A stretch of DNA of 64,000 nucleotides from Octopus sinensis (taxonomy: Eukaryota), in the NCBI RefSeq assembly GCF_006345805.1, contig NC_042998.1:22940001-23004000 (forward strand). The letters run 5' to 3'. A program made the translations under genes and the position numbers. The stretch's first letter is position 1; every line of letters starts with the position of its first letter. Below the pieces are notes generated by a model. That model was not told the origin of the DNA, searched no databases, and worked only from the letters and a program-made list of their open reading frames with translations. Positions 26,646 through 38,822 of the stretch are shown piece by piece.

Positions 26646-26686
<41 letters not shown>

Positions 26687-27083
26687 CTTAGGAACATTGC
26701 TTTGTATTTTCCGTTTTATTCATTGTAAAATAGATTATATTTTAATTAATCACTGCATTTTACGTAAAAGAAACCCGGTAACTCACTCGAAGATAACTAA
26801 ACATATATATAACAGATAATTCAAACACTCGAATATATTTTTTAATTTGGTACTTAACTATTTTGGGTCTTAAATGTATTATAAGGTTCTGGTAACTTAG
26901 GTTTAATTAATACTTGGTTTTTGTATTTTGTTATTTGGTGCCTCTAGGATGTTCCAATGTTTTCTGTAACTTGTCCTTGTTTGCAGTGAAAGGGGCAACT
27001 CGGTTAAAACAAGTCATGCTCCGAATAAAGATGTGTTTTAAAAGTTCTGTTATAGTTGCATTCATAACTAGGCTGCTTTAGAG

Positions 27084-27368
27084 CAGTGGTTCCCAAAGTG
27101 GGTAATACTGCCCCCTTCTGGGCAGTGGAACGATCCAGAGGAGTGTTGAAGAAAAGTGGAATGATAATGGGGTGGCCAAAATAGGGTGATAGATGTAATA
27201 TATATATATATATATAAGCTAATTAGGTTAAAGTTTTATTTGTGAAATACAAATTTTGAATTTGCTGCAGAAAGTGGTCTATATTTGTGGTGGCGAAAGG
27301 GTGAGGGGCGCGAGGAATGTGGACTGGGTCCCAGAGGGGCAGCAGCCTTAAAAGTTTGGGAACTACTG
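27084..27368. mobile_element. hAT-type MITE
   Basis: TIRs CAGTGGTTCCCAAA / TTTGGGAACTACTG. Confidence 0.75.
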
Positions 27369-27577
27369 CACTATAGGGATATTTTATCAATCCAGTACTT
27401 GACTTGTACTTCAATTATAGACCTTCAAAAACAGTACTGGATTTAGACTTGGTGTGGTCTCTAAGGTGTATAAAGCTCGGAGGCACCTTGTTAGAGAAAA
27501 TGCACCAGAAGATCTCAGATATTAAAAACATGGATTCTGTTCTATTTTACAGCCCCATAGTTTGTGAGGCACCAAGC

Positions 27578-27765
27578 CAGTGCTGTGCAACTAGTATTCC
27601 ACAACATGCTGGTGTGCCATGAGATGGTGCTAGGTGTGCCACAACGTAACCTGAATATAATTTTTTTCCTCCTATACTTTAGTTATATTTTTAGTTTAGG
27701 TGTGCTGCCGAATTTTGAAAAGAATACAAGTGTACCACAAGTGAAAAAAAGGTTGCAGAGCACTG
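27578..27765. mobile_element. hAT-type MITE
   Basis: TIRs CAGTGCTGTGCAAC / GTTGCAGAGCACTG; flanks CACCAAGC and CTCCCAGC (6/8 match, degraded 8-bp TSD). Confidence 0.7.
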
Positions 27766-28029
27766 CTCCCAGCTATAGCTTATTTTGTTTATGTCTGGAT
27801 GCAGCACTGCCCAGAAGAATGGAATGCAAAGTTGGCCTTTGTAAGAACATAAGGGCAGCAACTCAATGCTCCAGAGAATTGTTCAAACAATTCAGTCAGT
27901 CACCTCATGGTCTCTGTTGTTCTACTGAAGTTTTTCACAGGATTTGAGCATAAAAGTGCGCAGTGAAATCACAGTATCAACAAGACTTTCAGATGCTGTC
28001 ATACACTGCTAGTTACTTCTCTCTTGATT

Positions 28030-28350
28030 GTACTATTCTTTTCCATACTGACCCAAATTTTTTAACTAAATCATATTCCAATTGGAGCAGAGGCCTTCCA
28101 AGGGGCCTTTTCCCTATCTTTTTGATACCACTTGGAAACTGCATGGTTCTACCTATTATCTGCGAACCTTACAACATGTCTGGCCTAGCGGAATCTGCCC
28201 TTTCAGCATTTTGCAGTCATATCATTCACTCAACTCCTTTCTCAAATTATCTCATTTCAAATGCGTTCTCTTAATGATGTTCTTAACATGGCTCTTTCGG
28301 TGTCCTTTGTGTTGTAGATCTTCAGGTGCAGTATTTTTAACAAGGTGCCT
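28030..28350 (-). pseudogene. Degraded RTE-clade LINE ORF2 C-terminus
   Basis: Minus-strand translation with stops: TERAMLRTSLRERI*NEII*ERS*V.D.....K.RFR*ARHVVR..D.R, matching the RTE pattern ERAML..SLRDRIRNE.IR.RT.V....KW.WAGHV.R. Confidence 0.7.
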
Positions 28351-28370
28351 CCAGGCTTTATATACCTTAA

Positions 28371-28590
28371 CCCTTTCATTACTATATTTATTTTGAGATG
28401 CTCTGTGTTTCTTTCAATTACTTTAAATATAACAAAGAATTTAGTAAAATAACTTAGTTATCATTCAGCTAGTGTTAGGAACATAAATTGTGACTAAGGT
28501 TTGGTGGGAGATTTTAATTCAAGACTTATGAAAACAAGACATCTGTACTCAGAGCCAGAGCCGGTTTCAGCCGGGTTGGTAACGAAAGGG
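28371..28590. mobile_element. piggyBac-type MITE (TTAA target)
   Basis: TTAA|CCCTTTCATTAC...GTAACGAAAGGG|TTAA; copies at 37268, 50822 and 51060. Confidence 0.85.
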
Positions 28591-28909
28591 TTAAGGCCTC
28601 ACTGAGTCCAATCCAGCACTGTTTTTGAGAGTTGATAAATAAGTTATTGGACAACCAAGTTGTAGGTCCTCAGTTTAGTCTACTTAGAGTGTGTTACTGA
28701 GCAGTACACATAATTATATGTGCTGCTTATCAGTCTACTAGAGAGGGAGATAAGAATCAGGTCATCTGAGAATGTTACGTCAGCCACATGAACCAAAAAT
28801 AGAGCCTGTGTGATTAATCAAACTGCTAGAAACAGCAGCCAGATCTCCCCCAAATAATATTCCTATTGTCTTTAAAAAAGAAGGGGGACATATTGAATAG
28901 TATTCAGAG

Positions 28910-31180
28910 ACAAAGTGGCTGAGTTCCTTTTGAGTGGTGGGCCTCACAGAGGCAATGACCGAGACCTTTGGTATTATGTCGTGCTTGAGAAGACCTATCA
29001 AGTCGTGGCAGATACCAGTATCACACAAATTGGTACTCATGCCAGTGGCACATAAAAGCACTCCAGTGTCACACAAATGGCACCTGTGCCAGTGACATGT
29101 AAAAGCCTCAGAGAAGCCGGTGTTAGGAAGGGTATCCAGCCATAGAAAACCATATCAGACTGGAGTCTGGTGCAGCCTTCCAGAGTGCCAGTCTGGTCAT
29201 GCCATCCAACCCATGCCAGCATGGACAACGGACGTTAACTGAAGACAAAGATATTATGTCTCCCCCTCTCTCTTTCGGAGAGGCACAGCAGCTATACACA
29301 CACATACACACACGGCAGTAGCTTCCACCTACTGAATTCATTTACAAAGCTTCGGTCGACTCGGGGCTATAGTGGAAGACGCCTGCCCAAAGTGCCACGC
29401 AGTGGGACTGAACCCGAAACCATATAGCTAGGAAGCAAACTCCCGAACCACACAGCCATGCCATAATGGTTATGGCTGGGATACCTTTGATGATATGACT
29501 GTTTCTGCTTGATCTGGGGCTAAACCACAATCTCAGCTAGAAAAGCAGCCTATACAGGGGAATCTTTTATCTCTCGTCTCTTCATTGCATGGAATTTGAT
29601 CTAAGCACAATTTAAGCATCATTTAAAAAAACCCTCCCAGCCGAAGAGACATTATTTATAGTTAAGAAAATGTCATTAAGACATTAAGTATGTCACCAGG
29701 AACGTGATATAAAACAGTGGTATTGAGGCCACTAGGCAGATGTCACTTCTCCCAGTTAGTTGCATAGAGATCCAGCCTTTATGTGGTCACTTGACTTCAT
29801 GAAATAGCAACCAAATGTCATTCAAATTGCATCCTGTTATTGTTTAAAAAAAACATAGGAAGGATAATATGTCTGCGAGGAAAAATGCTGGAGTGATCAG
29901 GGTTTGAACTTCTTTTAGTTATAATGTGTCTGTTCCCACTCCCTAAGCAAACAAGTAAAATATTTTGTGTATTGTAAAAGTATAACCAGTTTATTGCATA
30001 TAAATTTTAGCAGCAAAATCTTACATGGACCCCAAACCAACATGAAACATGCACATTAGATAATGATGATTTGTTGGGTCAGAGACTACACGAGAAGCTG
30101 GTCCATCACATTGTTTCCATGCTTGTCCATACATCATCATCATCATCATCATCGTTTAACGTCCGTTTTCCATGCTAGCATGGGTTGGACGATTCGACCG
30201 GGGTCTGGGAAGCCAAGAGGCTGCACCAGGCTCCAGTCTGATCTGGCAGTGTTTCTACAGCTGGATGCCCTTCCTAACGCCAACCACTCCGTGAGTGTGG
30301 TGGGTGCTTTTTACGTGCCACCGGCACATGCCAGGGGAGTCTGGCAGCAGCCACGATCGATTGGTGCTTTTAACATGCCACTGGCATGGAAGCCAGTCAA
30401 GCTTGTCCATACATACATATGTATTATATGGATGCATGTTTACTATTAAAGCATAAGGTTAGGGATTACGTATGGCACCAGTTTAGTGGAGGGTCTTTTA
30501 CTTGTTTCAGTCATTAGACTGTGGCCATGCTGGGGCACTGCTTTGAAGAATTTTTAGTCGATGAATCAGCCCCAGTGCTTTTTTTTTTTGTAAGGCTCTT
30601 ACTTATTCTATCAGTTTCTTTTACCAAATAGCTAAGACATAAACAAACCATCACAAGTTGTAATGCATGGTGGGGACAAACACAGACACAACCACATGCG
30701 CATGTGGCAGAGTTCCTTTCAAGTGTTGGTCCTCACGGAGGCAACGACCAAGACCTTTGGCATTATGTTGTGCTTGAGAAGACCCATCAACTGAGCAAAA
30801 TTGCAGTCATGGTATAGACTGGTGTCAGGCAAATAGTACCCATGCTAGTGGCTTGTAAAAGTACTCATTACACTCTCAGGGTGGTTGGTGTTAGGAAGGG
30901 CATCCAGCTGTAGAAAACCATGTCAAATCAGATTGGAGTCTAGTGCAGCCTTCCAGCTTACCAGCCCTGGTCAAGCCATCCACCCCATACCAACATGGAC
31001 AACAGACATTAAATGATGATGATGATGAGCTTCTTTCAGTTTCCGTCTACCGAATTAACTTGCAAGGCTTCAGTCTGCCCAGAGTTACAGTAGAAGACAT
31101 TCGCCTGAGGCACCATGCAGTGGTACTGAACCCAGAACCACATGGTTGGGAAACAAATTTCTTACCTCACAGCCACACCT
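28910..31180. mobile_element. Mixed family C (28910-29240 +, 30138-30410 -, 30710-31027 +) and family A fragments
   Basis: Family motifs recognised by eye. Confidence 0.7.
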
Positions 31181-32342
31181 GCACCAACACATATTTCAGA
31201 TCTTAGTAGTAACCCTTATCAACTAAAAAGATCTCCGTGTTGATTAGCATTCGTTAACTTACCACAACCATTAATGCACTAACATTCCTTATCTCTCTCC
31301 CTCTCGCCTTCTGTAATTAATATGCTCCACTGAACTGGCAAGCAATATAACCCCATCTCACACATAACACCCTGACTAGTTTTTTTTTTTTTATTTATTA
31401 GTGAAAAATCATGCAGGTGAAAAGATCAATGAGGTTGGGGGGTGAAATTTCCGAGGTGTCCACCTCACCCCACCCCACCTTCTGGACCCAAAAAAGGGTT
31501 TTGTAGCATACTAGGAGGTCACTGGAATTCATTCAACGAAAAAAAAACATTTTCCATATCCAACGATTCCTAACAAAAATAAGGGGTTTGCAGCATATGA
31601 AGTCAGGGTACTTGATTCCATGCAAAAAATCCAAGTTTTTTTTTGGGGGGGGGGGGGGGGTTAGTGAAAATCTTGCGGTGTGAAAGTATCAGATAAAACC
31701 CTTCTTATCTTCCTTCCTATGTCTCACCTACAAATCTTGCCTACTAAACATCTATTCCCTTGAAATGCAACTCTCTGAAAACTCCCTCCCTGCCCATGGC
31801 TACCTGCAGAAATTTAATCTGAACATTAACTACATCATCTCCTTCGCCAGACTGGGAACTTCTTCAGTGGTGATAATCACTGCCTTTCCTCTCCATGTTA
31901 ACGGTGTTAGAAAAACAGAAAATCGTAAATAATACCCATGCAGTAAAGGTGTGGCGTTATCCTTGACAGGTGATCACAAAGCAGAACTGTACCTGAACAT
32001 AATAATGTAATACAGAATAAAAACCTTATGAATATTAACTGCTTAAAGTAGCTTCCTGTGAATATCAAGTAAGCTCTGTTATCTACATAACCTGATGCTG
32101 GGAGTTCATCTTGTGAGATGATATTACTTCTGGAGAAGTTAAAAACCTTCCTATCATTAGCTGTATCACTTTCTTCCTCTTCTCTCTCTCTCTCTCTCTT
32201 TCTCTCTCGCCCTACTTTCCTCTTTTTCTCTTCTCATCTCACTCTCTCCAACAGATTATCTAAAGATGTGTGTGTGTGTGTGTGTGAAAAGTGAGATGTG
32301 TAGCAGGGATTCTCTGACTGTAAATTTTTCTTTATTTTGGTT

Positions 32343-33130
32343 TTACTTTTGTTTCAGTTATTAAACTGCAGCCATACTGGGGCACCACCTTGAAAAATTT
32401 ACAAAAAAATTGCTTTTTAAGCCTGGCACTTATTCTATAAGTCTCTTTTGCCAAACTACTAAGTTACAAAATATAAACAAACCAACACTTAGTGTCAAGT
32501 GGTGGTGGGGGAATCACACACACACACACACACGTCATTATCATTTAATATCTGTTGTCCATGCTGGCTTGGCATACTGGAAGGCTTGCGCCAGGCTGAT
32601 TTGGCATGGTTTTCTACAGCTGGATACCCTTCCTAATGCCAACCATTCTGAGAGTGTAATGAGTGCTTTTCCGTGCCACCAGCATGGGTACCAATTGCGT
32701 GACACTAGTATCTACCATTACTGCAATTTTGCTTGGCTTGATGGGTCTTCTTCTCAAGCACAACATAATGCTAAAGGTCTCAGTCATTGCTTCCATGAGG
32801 CCCAACATTTAAAAGGAACTCAGTCACTTTGCCTCCGTCAGGCCCAATGTTCAAAGGTTTTATTTTTGTGCAAACAGCATGGGTGCACTTGGCTTGACGG
32901 ATCTTGTTAAGTAAAGCACATTGCCAAAGATCTTGATATATATATATATATATATAGACACATATACATATATATGACGGGCTTCTTTTGGTTTCTACCA
33001 AATCCACCCGCAAGGCTTTGGTCAGCCCAAGGCTATAGTAGAAAACATTTACCTAAGGTACCATGCAGTGAGACTGAACCTGGAACCATGTGGTTAGGAA
33101 GCAAACTTCCTACCACACAACCACGCCTGC
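32343..33130 (-). mobile_element. SINE family A with nested family C (32535-32890)
   Basis: A tail 32343-32520, C inside the microsatellite, A head 32975-33130. Confidence 0.75.
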
Positions 33131-34804
33131 ACTATGATTTTCTGTGATGAAGAAGAATGATTTCACTATGATATATATGTCCTTCTCTTTTTAAGATGGC
33201 AATTTGTAATTTGAGAATGGTTTAACTGCTGTTCCTTTTAACCTGTTGCCTGTCTAGTGTATCGCATGTGATACACAGGATGATGTTTTCCTGGCATCCA
33301 AGCATCATATGTGATATCTATTCTCGTTTTTTTTTTCAACCACCAGAATAACTAGGGACTTAGGAAAGGAAAGGTTTATAGTACTCAGAAGTTATGAAAC
33401 AAAGGGTTAACTAAAAGTATGAAAAGAGGCATGGATGTTTAGGGACAAACTTAGGAAATTGCTTTGGATAGAGGCAAAGTAACTGAGTTCCTTTCGAATG
33501 CTGGGCCTCACAGAGACAAAGTGGCTGAGTTCCTTTTGAGTGTTGGGCCTCATGGAGACAAAGTGGCTGAGTTCCTTTCAAGTGTTGGGCCTCATGGAGG
33601 CAGTGACCAAGATCTTTAGCATTATGTTGTGCTTGAGAAGAAGACCCATCAAAAGGTTGAGAGATTACTTAACCTTTTGGTATTTAAACTATTCATATCC
33701 AGTCCAAATATTCTATATATTTATTGTTCAAATTGGTTAAATCTGGCCTCTCACACCTACTCTACAACTTCATTCTAAAAATGGGGATGATCCATGTAAA
33801 AAGCACAGGTGCTGGCGCCATGTAAAATGAACCTTTGCTGGTGCCACGTAAAAAGCACCTTGTACATTCTGTAAAGTGGTTGGCATTAGAAAGGGCATCC
33901 AACCACAGAAACCATGCCATAGCAGACAATGGCGCCTAGAGCAGCCCCTGGCTGATACACCACCTGTCAAACTGTTCAACCCATGTCAGCATGGAAAAGG
34001 GACATTAGATGGTGGTGGCAGTGGTAGTGATGCCTTTCATAGATCAATAGCTCAATAGATCAATAGCCATTCATCTCATTATTGGCAAAAGTTGAACAGT
34101 TGGAGTATAGGCTGATTTAGAAGAAGAAAAAAAACAGATGCACTGGGAAATATTGCTGTGTGTCATTGTTCTTTAATCCTAAGTTAGCTATCAAAGACAT
34201 GCCAACCATGACCATCCCATTTTTTACTTTCAGATGCAGAATATCCTAGGACTACATTAGGCTGTGTTCGTAGTCTATTTTAAGATGTTAGGGTGCAAAG
34301 GTGATATTTGGCTGCTTTCTGTAGCAGGTCAAGCAATCTGTGTAGGGACTGTTTTTGGTTTGTCATTAGCTTAATCCTTTAAGCCATATCTGGCCCCAGA
34401 TTTTCTACCTGTTTTATGTTCAAACTGGCCAGATCTGGCCTTTCACACCTACCCTTCAATATCATTCTAAAAATAAACTACTGCGTTATTAGAATCTTGA
34501 AGCTACGAGATAATTCGTGATGAATTCAGAACAATGTGAATAAATAAGCATTACATTTAACAGAATAACCCGAACCCTAGAAGGATAAGACTATATCATC
34601 ATCATCATCATTTAACATCCGTTTCCTATGCTGGCCTGGATTGGATGGGTTGACCAGAGATGGGAAGCCGGAGAACTGCACCGGGCTCCGGTTGTCTGTC
34701 TTGGTATGGTTTCTTATAGCTGCATGCCCTTTCTAATGCCAACCACTTCAAAGAGTGTATTGGGTGCTTTTACACGGCGCTGGCAGCAAATATTCTTTTC
34801 TACC

Positions 34805-35188
34805 CCTAAGCACAAGGCCTGACATTGGGGGCGGGGGGGGGGGGCAGTCAATCAGATCAACCGCAGTATGCAACTGGTACTTAATTTATCAACCCCGAAA
34901 GGATGAAAAGTAAAGTCGACCTTGGTGGAATTTGAACTCAGAACGTAAGGGCAGACAAAATACCTATTTCTTTATTACCCACAAGGGGCTAAACATAGAA
35001 GGGACAAACAAGGACAGACATAGGTATTAAGTCGATTACATCGACCCCAGTGCATAACTGGTACTTAATCTATTGACCCTGAAAGGATGAAAGGTAAAGT
35101 CGACCTCGGCGGAATTTGAACTCACAACGAAATACCATTAAGCATTTCACCTGGCATGCTAACGTTTCTGCCAGCTCGCTACCTTTTA
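34805..35188 (-). mobile_element. SINE family B, body duplicated
   Basis: Same dimeric structure as the 1064 copy. Confidence 0.8.
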
Positions 35189-35379
35189 ATCTTGAAATGC
35201 TACTGTTCAGGAATCAGATTTTCCTATCTTATCATAAAACAAATTAAACATTGACCCTTAAAAAAACCTTTCAAAGCTCGGTATTCATTTATGATTTTGT
35301 TTTCATTCCATATTTTATCAGAGTCTACTTGGTCTTTCATCTTTACGAGCTATCTTAGTAACTAATTACCAATCTACTT

Positions 35380-35582
35380 ACTCTTTTGCTTGTTTCAGTC
35401 ATTTGACTGCGGCCATGCTGGAGCACCGCCTTTAGTCGAGCAACTCGACCCCGGGGCTTATTCTTTTGTAAGCCCAGTACTTATTCTATCGGTCTCTTTT
35501 GCCGAACCGCTAAGTGACGGGGACGTAAACACACAAGCATCGGTTGTCAAGCAATGCTAGGGGGACAAACACAGACACACAA

Positions 35583-35623
<41 letters not shown>

Positions 35624-35788
35624 CGACAGGCTTCTTTCAGTTTCCGTCTACCAAATTCACTCACAAGGCATTGGTCGGCCCGGGGCTATAACAGAAGACA
35701 CTTGCCCAAGATGCCACGCAGTGGGACTGAACCCGGAACCATGTGGTTGGTTAGCAAACTACTTACCACACAGCCACTCCTGCGCCTA
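35380..35788 (-). mobile_element. SINE family A (young)
   Basis: Near-consensus full-length copy. Confidence 0.9.
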
Positions 35789-35801
35789 TTGAGTTTTTTT
35801 A

Positions 35802-35998
35802 ATAATTTTTGCCAGTCTACCGTTTTCAATTAGTTTCATCTCTACATTTTTATGCTTATAATTTTTTATTATTTTTGCCAGTTTACCATTTTCAATTAGT
35901 TTCATCTCTACATTTTTATGCTTATAATTTTTTATTATTTTTGCCAGTCTACCATTTTCATTTAGATTCATCTTTACATTTTTATGCTTATAATTTTC
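35802..35998 (+). repeat. Three tandem 66-bp units immediately upstream of the 36020 splice acceptor
   Basis: TTTTTGCCAGTCTACC.TTTTCAATTAGTTTCATCTCTACATTTTTATGCTTATAATTTTTTATTA x3. Confidence 0.9.
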
Positions 35999-36097
35999 CA
36001 TTTTTGTTTCTTGTTTCAGGCCATTTGCTGTGATATGACTTATAATAGATCCCTGCTTTAAAAACTGCAACTTTTCTTCTGCACTCATTTAGTAAAG

Positions 36098-37185
36098 ATG
36101 GAAACGTGCACCCTTGAAGCTACCTGCGATGTATTGGAACCACCTTCCACGACAAATGAAGAAAATAGTTGTAAAAACAACTCTTCAAATGTTGTCAACA
36201 ATTCCTCATCTTCAGATAGCGCAACAGAAGCTTGCCCAGAGCCCAAAACGGTGATTCAAGTAACATCAGAAAACAGTGTAGGTAATGAAGGCCCTGAGCA
36301 TGTCAATGAGGATCAGGAGAATTGTGCCAAAAATGAAGAGAGTTCTGCTGCCAAGATGGACCTACATCAAGCAGATAGTAACTTAATTTCTGCAAAGGAA
36401 GACATTGAAACGGCCATAACTGCTTCACCAGTTGTTGGTAATTATATCACTTTAAGAGATAGGAAAACTAGTGATTCCAGTCAGACGATAGAATCTGTTG
36501 AAATTATAGAAAATAATCTTATGAATGTTGCCAATGAAACGCCACTGCCGGTGGAGACCATTGTGGAAAAGGTTGATGTTGTCAATGATGTTCAAAAAGA
36601 CTCTAGCACAATTGAATGTAAGGATATAATTCTGGTTCCTGTGTCGGTATCAATTACTGCATGCCAGAATACAGAATCAAAAGCAGTATCAGTAAAAGAG
36701 GTGTCAGAATGGAATAATTCTAACAATCTTTCGCATTCCAAAAGTGTAAATGATTCAGCCACCGAAACTGTGGATACAGAGATAGAAAAAACACAATCTA
36801 ATTCTACCGAAAGTGCTGATACCAAAAACACCGATTCTGTTGTTCCGGATGGGAAACATTCCACCACTGGTGAGAACGGTACAAAGATTGGAACTAATTG
36901 TGAAGATGCAATCACTGCAGAGACTTTAATTGCAATATCAATCTTGCAGAACAATTTAGGTAATGTTAATAACAAGAGTGCTGAACAAGTAAGTACTACG
37001 TGCAATAATAACCAGATTGAGGACAGTAATGGCAATGGATCGGTCACGAAAGAAAATGAAATGGTGCTGAGGAAGCCTCTCACTCCAATTAGTGTGGAAA
37101 TTGGAGTTCAGGCTAATGATTATGAAATTGAGAGAAGATCAGGGAAAGTTCCAGCTCGACGGCGAGTTATTCCCTACAAATTTAG
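36098..37185 (+). CDS. AT-hook/C2H2 zinc-finger nuclear protein, first coding exon (S/T/N/E-rich, likely disordered)
   Basis: 362-codon non-repeat ORF; acceptor tttcttgtttcAG|36020; in-frame upstream stop at 36059; AAAG-ATG-G context; donor AG|GTAATT, phase 2. Confidence 0.85.
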
Positions 37186-37267
37186 GTAATTAAGTTGTAT
37201 CCATAATTAATTTGTGTTTTTGTGGCATTCGTTATGCATGGATTGAGTATGTATTGTATTGTCTTAA

Positions 37268-37486
37268 CCCTTTCGTTAGCAACCCGGCTGAAACTGGCTC
37301 TGGTACTAAGTACAAATGTCCTGTTTTCATAAGTTCTGAATTAAAATCTTCCACCAAACCTTAGTCACAATTTAAGTTCCTAACACTAGCTGAATGATAA
37401 CTAAGTTATTTTACTAAATTCTTTGTTATATTTAAAGTAATTGAAAGAAACATAGAGCATCTCAAAATAAATACAGTAATGAAAGG
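37268..37486. mobile_element. piggyBac-type MITE
   Basis: TTAA flanks and CCCTTTCG TIR. Confidence 0.85.
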
Positions 37487-37499
37487 TTAAACCTTTAAT

Positions 37500-37777
37500 G
37501 ATGCCAGCACCGCCTCGACTGGCTTCCGTGCCGGTGGCACATAAAATACACCAATCCGACCGTGGCCATTGCCAGCCTCGCCTGGCACCTGTGCAGGTGG
37601 CACGTAAAAAGCACCCACTACACTCACGGAGTGGTTGGCGTTAGGAAGGGCATCCAGCTGTAGAAACATTGCCAGATAAGACTGGAGCCTGGTGCAGCCT
37701 TCTGGCTTTCCAGATCCCCAGTCGAACCGTCCAACCTATGCTAGCATGGCGAACGGACGTTAAACGATGATGATGAT
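37500..37777 (+). mobile_element. Family C copy (nearly identical to 48862-49148)
   Basis: Same 5' start GATGCCAGC and shared variants. Confidence 0.85.
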
Positions 37778-37814
37778 TAATCCAGCCATATCCAGCGAAA
37801 ATATTTGATCTGTT

Positions 37815-38020
37815 TTATGGTGGAGGTGCATGGCTCTGGTTAAGGTGTTGGACTTGTGATTGTAAGGTTGTGGTTTCGATTCCTGGACCAGGCAATGCAT
37901 TGTGTTCTTGAGCAAAACACTTAATTTCTCACTGCTCCAGTCCACTCAGCTGGCAAAAACGAGCAATCCTGCGACGGATTGGTGTCCCGTCCAGGTGAGG
38001 AATTTGTATGCCACTGAAAC
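37815..38020 (+). mobile_element. Old tRNA-derived SINE with V-domain-like segment
   Basis: tRNA-like head, then CCTGCGACGGATTGGTGTCCCGTCCAGG resembling the V-SINE core. Confidence 0.5.
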
Positions 38021-38627
38021 CTGGCCATGGCTTGATAAAGAAACATTTCTCCTTTATGTTGAAACTGACCAGATTTGACCTCTTACATTTCCCCTACATT
38101 ATTCTAAAAATAAACAATCACATTATTGAAATTTAAAAGCTGCAAGATAATGCATGACTAATTCAAATTCATGTGAATAGATATTACATTTGACAGTAAA
38201 ACTGAATGTTAAGGGTTAATACAGTCTAAATCTCATAAAGCTGCATTTTCTAATCCTCTTTAATTTTTCCCAGTTATCTTCTGTTTTTCTTCCAAACTTA
38301 GAATAACGATAAATTAAATTCCTGTCAGAATTGTGAACATGAGTCAAATCATGTTTGCTTTTTGTCCATTTTGGGAGAGGAGGAGGCAAGTAAAGTATCA
38401 TTCAATTCCCGGAGGTGGGGGTTGATTTAATAAATTGTTGCCTTTCCCATCATTTGGGTCTTCTACCTATGTTAGAGACCATTATTAGTGTTTCTCCATT
38501 TCACAAAATTCTCTCCTTTCACCTATTCAACTAGCTAAAGAGTGGAAAGCCCATGTCCCCTAATCAGTTTTCAATGCCTCATACTGAATGTATGAACCAC
38601 ACTACCAGCATAAAAGTCAAAATTGAT

Positions 38628-38790
38628 AGGCGTAGGAGTGGCTGTGTGGTAAGTAGCTTGCTTACCAACCACATGGTTCCAGGTTCAGTCCCACTGCGTG
38701 GCACCTTGGGCAAGTGTCTTCTACTATAGCCTCAGGCCAACCAAAGCCTTGTGAGTGGATTTGGTAGACGGAAACTGAAAGAAGCCCGTC

Positions 38791-38822
<32 letters not shown>

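Noticed and set aside
35786-36088. 100-aa minus ORF with a 22-aa repeat
   Set aside because: Read-through of the 66-bp intronic minisatellite; no protein signal.
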